Source of the DNA: Actinomycetes bacterium
GTDB lineage: Bacteria > Actinomycetota > Acidimicrobiia > IMCC26256
Length of the DNA: 36,468 nt
Direction: 5' to 3'
Assembly (NCBI GenBank): GCA_037132095.1
Contig: JBAXPT010000001.1
Location: forward strand, 1 to 36,468
Numbering within the stretch: position 1 is the stretch's first letter; the number at the start of each line of letters is the position of its first letter. A program made the position numbers and the translations under genes. Of the stretch, positions 1 through 9,669 are shown piece after piece. The notes beneath the pieces are model-generated. The model was not told the origin of the DNA, did not search any database, and saw only the letters and a program-made list of their open reading frames with translations.

Positions 1-64
1 ATTAGAGGACTATTTGATTAAAGAACCGGGATACTGAGCGATGGTACTAACTAATTTCTTTTTC

Positions 65-2281
65 TTAACGACCCCAGCGCATCTCTGGCAGCGAGATTGA
101 GACCCCAGGTGGGCGTTGCTCTCCTGCATTGTGTGCAACCTCAAAGCGGTACTCACCGGCGGGCAGGTACCAAGAGTGCGTATCCACATCTCTCCAAGCG
201 ATACTGCGAAGGCCAATGACTACGGTCACCTCAGCAGCCTCCCCAGCAGCAACCTCAACGCGCGCAAAACCACCGAGACGACGCATAGCGCGGTCGCTCC
301 CCGGGTCTGGCGGAGTCACATATACCTGCACCACATCTGCGCCATCACGAACTCCGGCATTGAAGGTTGTGGCCCTAACCTCAACCACCTCACCGCGAAC
401 CTCCGCCGCTACTCCAACATGATCAAAGTGCGTATACGAAAGCCCAAATCCAAACGCGTACGCAGCACGCACTTCACGGCGATCTAGTAACCACTGACCA
501 TGAAGGCCGTCGTATGTCACTTGAGTCGCTTCAAGATCAAACAGAGGGAGATCCGACTCCGATGCTGGCACCGCGAACGGAAGCCGGCCACTCGGGTTGG
601 CAGCGCCAAGGAGAATGTCGGCTAGCGCATGGCCTCCCTCCATACCCGAGTACCACTGCTGCAGAATTGCTGGAATTTCTTGATCCCACTCGCTCGTTAG
701 AACTGCACTACCAGATATGACCACTGCGATTGTGCGCGGATTCACAGCGGCGACTGCTCTTAGAAGCTCAACATCGCCGTCTGGGAGTCGAAGCGAGACG
801 CGATCGCCGCCGACTGAGAACATCACGGCCCCTGGCTTCTTTACTAACTCCTCTGGGATCTCCCACTCGTGCTCTGCAACGAACTCCTCAAACTTCACAA
901 GTAACTCTGGGTCGTCGCGCTTCGGGATGAGGTGACCGAGATTGGCGTTGTCGTTTGGACCGCCGATGAACTCCCCCTCGTCGAGTCTGTCGTACCCAAC
1001 AATGACCACTGCAACATCAGATTTTCCAGCCAGCGCTACCGATGCTGCTAAATCGTCGGCAGGAGCAGTGCGCACATCTACGTGCCCAAGCGCTGCGGAG
1101 AGGCCCGCAAACGGAGTGACGACGGTTGGCGACATCACATCGCTAGAGCCCCCATCGCCAAGGTTACGAACATCAGCGAATCGCCCCAATACACAGAGGC
1201 GAGCGAGCGCCCCCGGGTCCAGTGGCAGGAGAGGGGCACCATCAAATAATTCATTGCGCAGTAGTACAGCCGACTTGCGCGCTGACTCAAGCGAGAGGCC
1301 GCGATGCTCGTCGCATGCAAGTACCTCAATCGGCTCAACCGGCATTGCCCCCACTCCAAAGCGCAGCATGGTTGAGAGGGTTCGCACCACGGCTGCATCT
1401 ACGAACTCAACGCCGAGACTCCCATCCGCCACGGCGGCTACAACCGGAGCATGCCGGATCATTCTGTAAGGCATCTCGACATCTAGACCGGCCTTTACAG
1501 ACTTGACTCCATCGCGCAAGCCAAAGATCCAGTCAGAGACGACGAAGCCTTCGAAACCCCACTCACCGCGAAGTATCTCTGTAATGAGCGCGTGGTTCTC
1601 TCCACACCATTCACCATTGACTGAGTTATAGGCAGTCATCACCGAAGCGATTCCCTCGTCAATAATTCTAAGGAAATGCGGAAGGTAGACCTCATGGAGG
1701 GTGCGCTCATCGCAGGTGATGTCAACTTTGAAGCGAGTGTTCTCTATCGAGTTCATTGCAAAATGCTTCACGTTTGCCATGACCCGCGTCTGTAGGCCTC
1801 GCGTTAGTGCCGCACCCATCTCCCCTACGTGGTGCGGGTCCTCGCCATAGGTCTCCTGAGCGCGACCCCATGCCGGATGGCGAAGCAGATTTACGCAGAC
1901 CGATCCGCCGAGGTCTGCTCCTGTTGCGCGCATCTCTCTGCCGATGGCGGCTCCTATGCGCTCCTCGAGATCTAGATCAAAGGATGCTCCTCGAGCCATG
2001 CTCACGGGGTACGCGGTGGCGCCTCCGATTACGGCTCCACGCGGACCATCGCTGAAATAGAAACCAGGGATACCGAGGCGCTCTAGCACCATCGCCGGGA
2101 AGGGTCTCTTGTGGTGGCCAAGGTTCCCGATGTCGGTTATGCCTGCCCAGAACGGCGAGCCGCCATCCAACAAAGCAAGGCGCTCATCGAGAGTCATCGA
2201 CTCGACTAAGGCTCTGGCCTCAGACATTGAGTCACCACCGGTAGCGACTCGATTACGTGCTAGCTCGTATGGGGTACTCAA
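65..2281 (-). CDS. Glycoside hydrolase family 3 beta-glucosidase with C-terminal Fn3-like domain, probably cytoplasmic
   Basis: GH3 motifs SDGPRG, WGRAQETYGEDP, KHFA, VMTAYN, FVVSDW (nucleophile Asp), NPSGRLP, FGFGLSYT. TTG start; no signal peptide. Confidence 0.95.
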   Translation of the reverse strand: MSTPYELARNRVATGGDSMSEARALVESMTLDERLALLDGGSPFWAGITDIGNLGHHKRPFPAMVLERLGIPGFYFSDGPRGAVIGGATAYPVSMARGASFDLDLEERIGAAIGREMRATGADLGGSVCVNLLRHPAWGRAQETYGEDPHHVGEMGAALTRGLQTRVMANVKHFAMNSIENTRFKVDITCDERTLHEVYLPHFLRIIDEGIASVMTAYNSVNGEWCGENHALITEILRGEWGFEGFVVSDWIFGLRDGVKSVKAGLDVEMPYRMIRHAPVVAAVADGSLGVEFVDAAVVRTLSTMLRFGVGAMPVEPIEVLACDEHRGLSLESARKSAVLLRNELFDGAPLLPLDPGALARLCVLGRFADVRNLGDGGSSDVMSPTVVTPFAGLSAALGHVDVRTAPADDLAASVALAGKSDVAVVIVGYDRLDEGEFIGGPNDNANLGHLIPKRDDPELLVKFEEFVAEHEWEIPEELVKKPGAVMFSVGGDRVSLRLPDGDVELLRAVAAVNPRTIAVVISGSAVLTSEWDQEIPAILQQWYSGMEGGHALADILLGAANPSGRLPFAVPASESDLPLFDLEATQVTYDGLHGQWLLDRREVRAAYAFGFGLSYTHFDHVGVAAEVRGEVVEVRATTFNAGVRDGADVVQVYVTPPDPGSDRAMRRLGGFARVEVAAGEAAEVTVVIGLRSIAWRDVDTHSWYLPAGEYRFEVAHNAGEQRPPGVSISLPEMRWGR

Positions 2282-2315
2282 CCTTGTTCTCCGATCATGA
2301 GTGAAGTGCTGACGA

Positions 2316-2335
2316 TAGGCGATCCCGATCGCCTA
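2316..2335. promoter_or_regulatory. Perfect palindrome in a divergent promoter region, candidate operator
   Basis: TAGGCGATC-CC-GATCGCCTA between the divergent GH3 and acyltransferase genes. Confidence 0.35.
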
Positions 2336-2379
2336 GGGATGCGACCGCTTGGGGGTGCCCGCGCCCTAACGTCTGCCCC

Positions 2380-3591
2380 GTGGAGAGAACCCCTTCAACT
2401 AATAACCCTTCAGTTGGCGCAGAGGGTCCAGTCTCGAGCGAGGCAACGCAGACCGAATTACTTGCCGGGAGGCATCGCTTCTTGCCATATCGCCCTGCCC
2501 TCGACGGACTGCGCGCGGTCTGCGTCTTCGCTGTTGTGGCTTACCACTTTGCCCCGGAGACTTGGACCGGCGGGCTTCTAGGGGTCTCAGTCTTCTTCAC
2601 CCTTAGCGGGTACCTCATTACGACACTCCTCCTATTAGAGAGCGATCGAACCGGATCCGCTGATCTCGGTGCATTCTGGGCAAGGCGTATCCGCAGACTT
2701 GCACCAGCCGCCATTGTCACGACCCTGGTGGTAATGCTTCTCGCTTCATGGGAGCCATGGGGATGGAGCAATGCTCTTCGCGCAAGCGATCCGATCGCTG
2801 CTGTTTGGTCATATATGAACTGGCACCAAATAAGCATCGCCCCCACTGCCGGGCTGCGCATTGTTCACCCGCTCTCGCCTTATTGGTCGCTCGCAGTAGA
2901 GGAGCAATTCTACGCAATTATCGGAGTGATTTATTTAGGCGTTCGTCACCTCAAGAGACCCGCAATTGCGATGCTCGTTATTACCATATGCGCATGGATT
3001 AGCGGAGCGGCTACTGCGCTCTTTGGGAATCTATCCACGACAATGGCCGAGTGGGGCACGCACGTTCGCGCTCCAGAGATTGCCGCAGGTGTGATCCTCG
3101 CCTGCGTGCTCTTCCTTACGAAGCGCCAGCCAATTGGCCGTGGAGCCGACCTCTTGGGATGGGCCTCATTCGCAACTCTCCTCGCACTGTTTGTATTTAC
3201 TTCTAAGACTCAGTGGTGGTTATTCCACGGCGGATTCGCTCTCGTCTCTGTCGTCTCTGTTGGTGTGTTGGTCGGCTTACTCTCAGACGGCTCCCTATCT
3301 CGCGTTCTCGGGTGGAGACCCTTGGCGTTCCTTGGGACAATGTCTTATGCGATTTATTTGGTCCACTGGCCAGTACGTGTCGCGATCGTCCCGGAGAATG
3401 TAGGGGGGCTCGACGGCGCACCGCTGGCGGCATTACGACTCGTCGTTGCACTCGGCTTGGCAGCGCTTCTCCACTTCGGGGTGGAGCGGCCATTTATGAA
3501 TAGGTTCCCGGCATCTCCACGACGAGTCTTCCTAATTTGGATTGCGGTTTCGCTAGCCGTCACCGGGCTTGCATACGTTCTTCTGCGTTAG
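2380..3591 (+). CDS. Acyltransferase family 3 (OafA-like membrane O-acyltransferase, no SGNH domain)
   Basis: PALDGLRA, FFTLSGYLIT, RRIRRLAP, WSLAVEEQFY, SYAIYLVHWP, VERP; multiple TM segments. GTG start lies 7 nt after a TAACGT -10 element. Confidence 0.93.
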   Translation: MERTPSTNNPSVGAEGPVSSEATQTELLAGRHRFLPYRPALDGLRAVCVFAVVAYHFAPETWTGGLLGVSVFFTLSGYLITTLLLLESDRTGSADLGAFWARRIRRLAPAAIVTTLVVMLLASWEPWGWSNALRASDPIAAVWSYMNWHQISIAPTAGLRIVHPLSPYWSLAVEEQFYAIIGVIYLGVRHLKRPAIAMLVITICAWISGAATALFGNLSTTMAEWGTHVRAPEIAAGVILACVLFLTKRQPIGRGADLLGWASFATLLALFVFTSKTQWWLFHGGFALVSVVSVGVLVGLLSDGSLSRVLGWRPLAFLGTMSYAIYLVHWPVRVAIVPENVGGLDGAPLAALRLVVALGLAALLHFGVERPFMNRFPASPRRVFLIWIAVSLAVTGLAYVLLR

Positions 3592-3645
3592 GAATTATCC
3601 CTGAAGTCTGCGCATGGATCTCATCGAACTAGGCGCTGGAGCGGC

Positions 3646-3831
3646 ATGAAACTCGCGTTGTCAATTCCCTGTTACAACGACTTTGATCGCCTCGACTTAC
3701 TTTTAGTTAAACGCTTGATGCATTGACTCAAGACTGTAGAGCTAGAGACCACTCATTTATTTGTCGATGATGGATCCACCGATGAAACAGCTGGAACGCA
3801 GATTTTGCAACCCCTACGGAGAGGGAGTTAG
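3646..3831 (+). pseudogene. Glycosyltransferase family 2 (GT-A fold, DPM1/GtrB-like) N-terminal remnant
   Basis: Manual translation MKLALSIPCYNDFDRLDLLLVKRLMH*LKTVELETTHLFVDDGSTDETAGTQILQPLRRGS* shows the IPxYN and VDDGSTD GT2 motifs. In-frame TGA at 3724-3726; the frame ends after about 60 codons inside the 3' end of the convergent gene. Confidence 0.85.
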
Positions 3832-5616
3832 AAAAACCGCTACTGACCCGTATACAAGGGCTCTCTTCAACTCTGCATATCTGGTGGCTTTACCTCTGTC
3901 ATGAGCGTCTTTAGCAATCAACATCCCCTGAAAGTCGCGCTTAGCTCCACTCGCAAGGAGCTCCTTCTCAATTCTCTTTAGGGTACGCAGCTCCCCCGTT
4001 GAGATTCCCTGTACAAATATCGCGCGCTCCGCCCCTTTTGGAATTTCAAAAGCGCCATACCCATTAGCGACCGAGAGTGATGCTCCCTGCGCGCAACTAG
4101 GGCGACAGTATGCGGGGCGTCGGCGCTCTCCAACCTCCCCGCCCAAGATAGGGTCCGCTACTAGGAATGGAATCCCCCGCTCTGCAAGCGCTGCAAGCAG
4201 TGGACTACTAAAAGGCTCTCCGAATGAGACCGGATTGACAACAAAATGCAGCGTGCCGCGACCGCGCAGTTTATCGACCTGGTTTATCATCATCGCCGCA
4301 GCGGGAGTCGACTCCCCGACTCCTGGCGTGAGATTCTCAGACCGCGACATAGGGAGATTCAAAGCGGCGGTCACGATAATAAGTGACGTAAATATTCCTG
4401 CAACTATTTGCGGATTCGCGACTCCAGAACTGAATCGCAGAAGAAACGTGAAGAGAATGAAACTTGCTATTGGCCATAACCATCGAACCTGGTGCGGAGC
4501 GAGCAGCCCCACTGTGGAGACCGGTTGATATTTAAGCGAGAACAATGCGATCGCGATTAACAGCAGCGATAGATACGTAGCCATCCGGTCAGGTCGGTAC
4601 TGGAGGGTTTTACGCCTCAAAAGTGTTAGAACGAGCAATACAACGAGTGCGCCAAGGAATAGCGCTGCGGTCAAAAAACTTGGGATCGGATCGATCAATA
4701 GCCTCTCCGCGAAACCTGAGCGCTGCCTCCAAGGCAGAATTGCGAATACCGCTGCACTAACTCTCACAGCAAGTCTCGACCCGTACGCAGAGACTGATCC
4801 GTATTGCCCGCTCGCCGCGTTGAAGAGTCGAGTCAGGTTTCCAGGTCCTGAGCCGAAGAACTGCTCCCACAGGGGCTGGGCCCAAGCAAGTGCAGCGACT
4901 CCGCCAGTCCAGAAAATTGAGCGGAGAATAACGCTGCGATCACGAGGTCTAGCCGCTAACCCGATTGTGATTCCTGCGCCGAGAAGTGCTGGTACCAAAT
5001 AAACATATGAGAGGTGTGTCTGCAGAAGGTAGCAACCGATGCCGACAGCCCATGGAAGTGCAAGAACTCTTCCGCAAGCGAGCGCCCACACCAACACGAG
5101 GAAAATAAGGAAGGGGAAGATGAGCGAGTGAGGCTGCCAAACATCAAAGAGCAGTTCGCTCCCCATCCCCCACGCGAGAATCGAAGCAACGACAAGGAAA
5201 GATAGGAACGCCGACCTGCCGCGTATCCGATATGCCATGCAAGCCGCTCCGATGATGCAAGCAATGTTGAGAGCGCCAACGGCTAGAGCCAGACCCGGGC
5301 CTCCCCCAAATAGCTTTACGGGGCCGGCCATTAGATCAAAAAGTAAAGGTCCAGGATTACTTACAGTCACGCCAAATGAGAGAGAAGACGATGAGGGAAG
5401 CCCGAGAAATGGGTGATTGACGGTAAGCACGTCGCGGCTACGCAACAGCACTAGGGCATCATCGTTTACAGGGATATATCCCGACGAGACTGCACGGATC
5501 ATGGCAACGACGATCGGCAGCACTGCAATTAGAGCCACTCCAATCTCGAATCGATACAGGCCTACCCACCTACGCAGACGCGTCAACGCGTCGACTTCGC
5601 TAACTTCGCTGCTCAT
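3814..5616 (-). CDS. Polytopic membrane protein, putative GT-C-fold glycosyltransferase (paralogue 3)
   Basis: 600 aa with many TM segments; PVNDDA after TM1, RSRDV, NPGPLLFDL, DVWQPH, QTHLSY, WAQP, HQVRWLWP. ATGA overlap with the upstream paralogue. The function is inferred. Confidence 0.7.
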   Translation of the reverse strand: MSSEVSEVDALTRLRRWVGLYRFEIGVALIAVLPIVVAMIRAVSSGYIPVNDDALVLLRSRDVLTVNHPFLGLPSSSSLSFGVTVSNPGPLLFDLMAGPVKLFGGGPGLALAVGALNIACIIGAACMAYRIRGRSAFLSFLVVASILAWGMGSELLFDVWQPHSLIFPFLIFLVLVWALACGRVLALPWAVGIGCYLLQTHLSYVYLVPALLGAGITIGLAARPRDRSVILRSIFWTGGVAALAWAQPLWEQFFGSGPGNLTRLFNAASGQYGSVSAYGSRLAVRVSAAVFAILPWRQRSGFAERLLIDPIPSFLTAALFLGALVVLLVLTLLRRKTLQYRPDRMATYLSLLLIAIALFSLKYQPVSTVGLLAPHQVRWLWPIASFILFTFLLRFSSGVANPQIVAGIFTSLIIVTAALNLPMSRSENLTPGVGESTPAAAMMINQVDKLRGRGTLHFVVNPVSFGEPFSSPLLAALAERGIPFLVADPILGGEVGERRRPAYCRPSCAQGASLSVANGYGAFEIPKGAERAIFVQGISTGELRTLKRIEKELLASGAKRDFQGMLIAKDAHDRGKATRYAELKRALVYGSVAVFLTPSP

Positions 5617-7544
5617 AGCGCTGGGCGCAGAAATACTGCGACAGAGTCCCTGTCCCTCTGGATCTGTAACTCTCTATACCGGAGCTCAACTTCGCTTAAG
5701 GCTTTGGGGACACTTAGAGGCTGGCCATAAGCATCGAACTCAACTCCTGCCTCCTCGAGACGCTTCAGCGAATTGGCAAATCGGAGCGACTCTTGAGGAT
5801 TGAGGCCTGGAATAAATATCACTCGCTCTGAACCATCTGGAATTGCATACGCCTCGATACCGCTAACAACACTCAGGGTATTACTCACTCCGCAGGCTGA
5901 TGGATTATCCGGAAGGCCCCACTGCGCACCGCACCTATATCTGCGCCCTTCCCCGAGTTGATGCACATATGGTTCGTTAGCAGTGACGAAACTGATGCCC
6001 TTATCTGCAAGCGCAGCGAGAAGAGGACCGCTATACGGCTCTGCAAATCGCAGTGTTGGCGGATCGAAGAGGAGCACCCCCCGATTATCGAGTTTCTCCA
6101 CTTGGCTAATCATTGAGCGCACGCTTGGGGTTGCATCACGATATGCAACCGGCCCCTCTGCGACAAGATGCATCGGCAGGTTGGCGAGGCTAACTATCAC
6201 TACCAATGAGGCCACTAGCCAAGGAGCAGAGCGCAAGATAGTCGGGAGTGTAAATACCCTTAATAGAACCGAGAAAATCACAAATGCACCGACCGGCCAT
6301 AGCCAACGCATTTGATGCGCGGGATCAACCGGACCTATTGGCATGATCTTGATCGTAAAAACGGAGAACAGTACGAGGGAAGCCGACAAGATGGCGCTAG
6401 TGAGGACGCCGCTCTTGGGGAGCCTCCGCGCAGAGATTACGGAGCCGAGCAAGAGAGCCATCATGAGGACGACTGCAAGCGTTGAGATTAAGAGGCTCGG
6501 GAGCCCGACTACCGGCAAGAAATTACCGGACGAATCAAGTATCCGCTCCGGTGGGATTGATTCAGCGAATGACGAGCGCAGTATCCAAGGCGGCAGTGCG
6601 ATCACCGCCCCCACAAACCTGACCGCTAGCGAAGTACCAAAACTCGGCATCGATCCGTATTTGCCAGATGCAGCATCGATCAGGCGATCCATGTTGCTCT
6701 CACCCGGGCCGTGGAGCTGCTGCCAGAGTGGCTGCGCCCATAGAACCACGCCAACTACAACCGACCAGAGCACCGGCTTCTTTAGTGATCTGAGAGCCGC
6801 CGCGAACCCTGCGCGCTGACTCCATAGGTAAAGGGCAACCCCTACAAGGATTATTAAAGGGGCGAGGTATACATACGAGAGGTAGGTTTGAATCAATAGA
6901 GATGCCACGGCAATAGACCAGGCCAGTCCTTTTAACCTTCCTTCGGCGACTGACCAAGCGAGAACAATCAAGAGGAAAAACGGATACAACAGCGAGTGCG
7001 GCTGCCAGACGTCGTAGATCAACTCGCTACCCATGCTCCAAGCAAACGATGCACCTACGAGCAGGATAAGTAGGAAGGCGATACGCCCGGCGACTCGATG
7101 AGCAATTACCGCTGCAGCAAGTAGGCATGCAGCATTCAATGCCGCTACTCCGATTGCAATCCCGGGACCCGAGCCAAAGAGCTTTACGGGAAGCGCCATT
7201 AGGTCAAAGAGCAGCGGGCCAGGGTTATTTATCTCGACCCCGAATCCAACCGACGAGGATGACCATGTGCCGAGTAGCGGATTGAACTCTGTGAATACAT
7301 CGCGGCTCCGCAGCAGTAGCAAGCCGTCATCTCCAATAGGCGTGTAACCGTTAACTATGGAGCGCACCACTGCGACAACGAACGGCAGTATCGCAACCGC
7401 TGCAATAAGAATCTCGAAGCGGTGCACGGAGAGCCAAGTCAGAAACCTCCGGGCGGGCCTCTCAGTGAAGCCTGGGGTCGCTTCCCCATCAAGAAGGGTC
7501 GCCGAAGAAACATCTCTCTGAGACTCACTAGAAGACCTCGCCAT
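5613..7544 (-). CDS. Polytopic membrane protein, putative GT-C-fold glycosyltransferase (paralogue 2)
   Basis: 643 aa; PIGDDG, RSRDV, NPGPLLFDL, DVWQPH, QTYLSY, WAQP, HQMRWLWP shared with paralogue 3. TGATG overlap with paralogue 1. Confidence 0.7.
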   Translation of the reverse strand: MARSSSESQRDVSSATLLDGEATPGFTERPARRFLTWLSVHRFEILIAAVAILPFVVAVVRSIVNGYTPIGDDGLLLLRSRDVFTEFNPLLGTWSSSSVGFGVEINNPGPLLFDLMALPVKLFGSGPGIAIGVAALNAACLLAAAVIAHRVAGRIAFLLILLVGASFAWSMGSELIYDVWQPHSLLYPFFLLIVLAWSVAEGRLKGLAWSIAVASLLIQTYLSYVYLAPLIILVGVALYLWSQRAGFAAALRSLKKPVLWSVVVGVVLWAQPLWQQLHGPGESNMDRLIDAASGKYGSMPSFGTSLAVRFVGAVIALPPWILRSSFAESIPPERILDSSGNFLPVVGLPSLLISTLAVVLMMALLLGSVISARRLPKSGVLTSAILSASLVLFSVFTIKIMPIGPVDPAHQMRWLWPVGAFVIFSVLLRVFTLPTILRSAPWLVASLVVIVSLANLPMHLVAEGPVAYRDATPSVRSMISQVEKLDNRGVLLFDPPTLRFAEPYSGPLLAALADKGISFVTANEPYVHQLGEGRRYRCGAQWGLPDNPSACGVSNTLSVVSGIEAYAIPDGSERVIFIPGLNPQESLRFANSLKRLEEAGVEFDAYGQPLSVPKALSEVELRYRELQIQRDRDSVAVFLRPAL

Positions 7545-9418
7545 CAGCGTCTGTAGCCGATCGGAACGAGCAGAACACCTAGAGGCTGCCCGAGATGGAG
7601 CATCTCTGCTATCAGATTCTTCTCGCGCTGTGTCAGTGATGCTGCAAGAGAAGCTGTAAATAGGCTTGAATCAACCTGATTGGCTATCTCCACCTCTCCA
7701 CGACTCTGCAGCGAGGTAAGCAACTCTGAGCGGTCACTTCGATAGGTCACTCTCTGCGCTCGTGACCTTGGGTCATAACGAGCTAGGAGTTCCACACCTG
7801 ATTCATCAGAGGCAATTAATGCTCTCAGATAATTACCGCTTGCAAACCTGAGCTCACGCGTAGCAGAGTCGATAGGGACCACGCGTTGGCGAGTCACCGG
7901 TACGCGCCAAGCATCCGGCACCCCTACATCCCACCCCCGACGCTCAAGCTCGCTCACTAGGCCATAGCCCTGAGAGCCGATGTAGTGAGCATCATTCCAA
8001 GTGAGAACAAATCGATCTGATTTATTGACTCCTGCTACGCCATCCTTGAGCGACTTGTCGACGCGATTGACAATCACTCCAAGAGGATCCGAGAGCGTCG
8101 CTTCAGGCGGCTCCACTTGCGTCGAGGCGATGGTGAACAAGAGTAACGAGCCGAATGCAGTCGCTAGAACTGCTCTGCTGCTCCACCTGGTAAGCGCATC
8201 GGCATCTACCCTGCGTTCGATTAGAGCCGCATAGAGAGTCCAGAGTTCGACAAAGACTGCGAGCACAACAATGCTCACCATCCAGAGGCTTAGGTAATAC
8301 CAGAGGACGCCAAAGACGCGACTCAAGGATATTGCGCCAAGAACTATCGCTGATCCCACTACGGCATGCAGCGGCAACACGCGAGTAAGTCGCAGGCGCA
8401 GCGCGACAATCGCTGATGCAGCCCAACCGGAGAAGACGATAAAGCCTATGAACACCGAGCCCTTAGACGAATCTGTTCCTGCGGTAACAAGATTTGAGTA
8501 ACTACCCTGCCGAGCCCAATGCAGGAGATCAAAGTGTCCGAGCAGGACCCGCAATCCCGAGCCAACCCCAACCGCCGCCTCTGGAGGGGTACGGAAGTAG
8601 TTGATGATCATTGAGATATTTTGATGACCTGAGATCTGGTCGACTATTGGAGGAATCCAAAGCACCACGAAAAGCAAAGATGCGCCGCAAAGCCATCGCA
8701 GCTCTTTGAGGTGGGATCCAGACTCGCGCAGGGCTCGAGCGGCTGTTACAGAGATCATCAGAAGGCCGACTCCCCCGACCAATCCGACATACGGAATATG
8801 TGTCTGCGCGCATAGTGCCCCGAAGAATGCGAACGGAAGCCACCCAACTGGGTCACGATCTAAAACAGACCATGCTGCTAATAAGACTACGAACCATGGG
8901 AGCAATGGCAGGTAAGGATTCCAAGGCTGCGTTACAAGTAGCGGTCCATAGCGCCACAGCACAACCGCTAGAGCCGCGGCAACCGCTGATCCCATCGCAG
9001 GGCCACCGCGTCGCGTCGCCAACCAAAGTGCAGTTATTACTGCGGCGAGCGAGAGGAGAACAGTTGCGTACTCGAGACCATGAGCACTTGATCCGCTCAA
9101 CTTATAGACAATCGCCAATGCGAAGAATGAGAGCGGCCCCGGATGACTCCCTTGGTCCGGGAAATTACCTATGCGGCCGGGGAGGCCAACGAGTGGAGTA
9201 TGCGAAGTCCCAACATCTCTGACTCGAAATTCAGTCATTGCTAAATCAAGAACTGGATACCAAGCATGACGAGATATGAATACTCCCGCCGCAAGGAAAA
9301 CTGCCGAGAACAGCACAGACCAGGAGAGCACGGGGTGTTGCATATACCAAGAGCGTGCGCCATCTATTCGGTAGCGAGAGGGAGATAGAGACCCATGCGC
9401 GTCTTGATTGGCTCTCAT
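7544..9418 (-). CDS. Polytopic membrane protein, putative GT-C-fold glycosyltransferase (paralogue 1, more divergent)
   Basis: 624 aa; PVLDLA, RVRDV, HPGPLSF, PWNPY, QTHIPY, WIPP occur in the same order as in the other two paralogues. Confidence 0.7.
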   Translation of the reverse strand: MRANQDAHGSLSPSRYRIDGARSWYMQHPVLSWSVLFSAVFLAAGVFISRHAWYPVLDLAMTEFRVRDVGTSHTPLVGLPGRIGNFPDQGSHPGPLSFFALAIVYKLSGSSAHGLEYATVLLSLAAVITALWLATRRGGPAMGSAVAAALAVVLWRYGPLLVTQPWNPYLPLLPWFVVLLAAWSVLDRDPVGWLPFAFFGALCAQTHIPYVGLVGGVGLLMISVTAARALRESGSHLKELRWLCGASLLFVVLWIPPIVDQISGHQNISMIINYFRTPPEAAVGVGSGLRVLLGHFDLLHWARQGSYSNLVTAGTDSSKGSVFIGFIVFSGWAASAIVALRLRLTRVLPLHAVVGSAIVLGAISLSRVFGVLWYYLSLWMVSIVVLAVFVELWTLYAALIERRVDADALTRWSSRAVLATAFGSLLLFTIASTQVEPPEATLSDPLGVIVNRVDKSLKDGVAGVNKSDRFVLTWNDAHYIGSQGYGLVSELERRGWDVGVPDAWRVPVTRQRVVPIDSATRELRFASGNYLRALIASDESGVELLARYDPRSRAQRVTYRSDRSELLTSLQSRGEVEIANQVDSSLFTASLAASLTQREKNLIAEMLHLGQPLGVLLVPIGYRR

Positions 9419-9512
9419 ATCCCCTCCCCTCGATTAATAAACGGGCCAATCGCTTAGATGATGGGCAGCAGCAAGGGATTCTAAGGCCTCGCTTCAGTCG
9501 AGCATGTGCGAG

Positions 9513-9568
9513 GCCATAAATACGGCAATAAATAAGCCCAAAATAGCCCCATAAATACGGCCATAAAG
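9513..9568. repeat. Degenerate ~12-bp tandem repeat (GCCATAAATACG-like, about 5 units) in a divergent promoter region
   Basis: Units: gccataaatacg / gcaataaataag / cccaaaatag / ccccataaatacg / gccataaag. Confidence 0.75.
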
Positions 9569-9669
9569 TTCGAGCCTGAGGGCATTGGTTGAGAGCCCAC
9601 ATTGGAGATCGCCGCTATGTTGGATTTGCTGTCAAAGTGCTCCGTTTTCGCTAGTAACCTGCCACCTCT

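Noticed and set aside
2-37. Possible 3' end of a plus-strand gene (LEDYLIKEPGY*)
   Set aside because: Too short to support; no motif.
3724-3726. In-frame TGA in the GT2 remnant as selenocysteine or read-through
   Set aside because: The frame ends about 35 codons later and lacks most of the GT2 domain. All other genes use TGA as stop.
9513-9568. Repeat as a CRISPR array
   Set aside because: Units are about 12 bp with no spacers, and there are no cas genes.
9246-9602. 118-aa ORF with a (L/I)(W/Y)(G/P/C) repeat spanning the tandem repeat
   Set aside because: It overlaps paralogue 1 out of frame. Repeat units of 10-13 nt do not keep frame, so the pattern is at DNA level.
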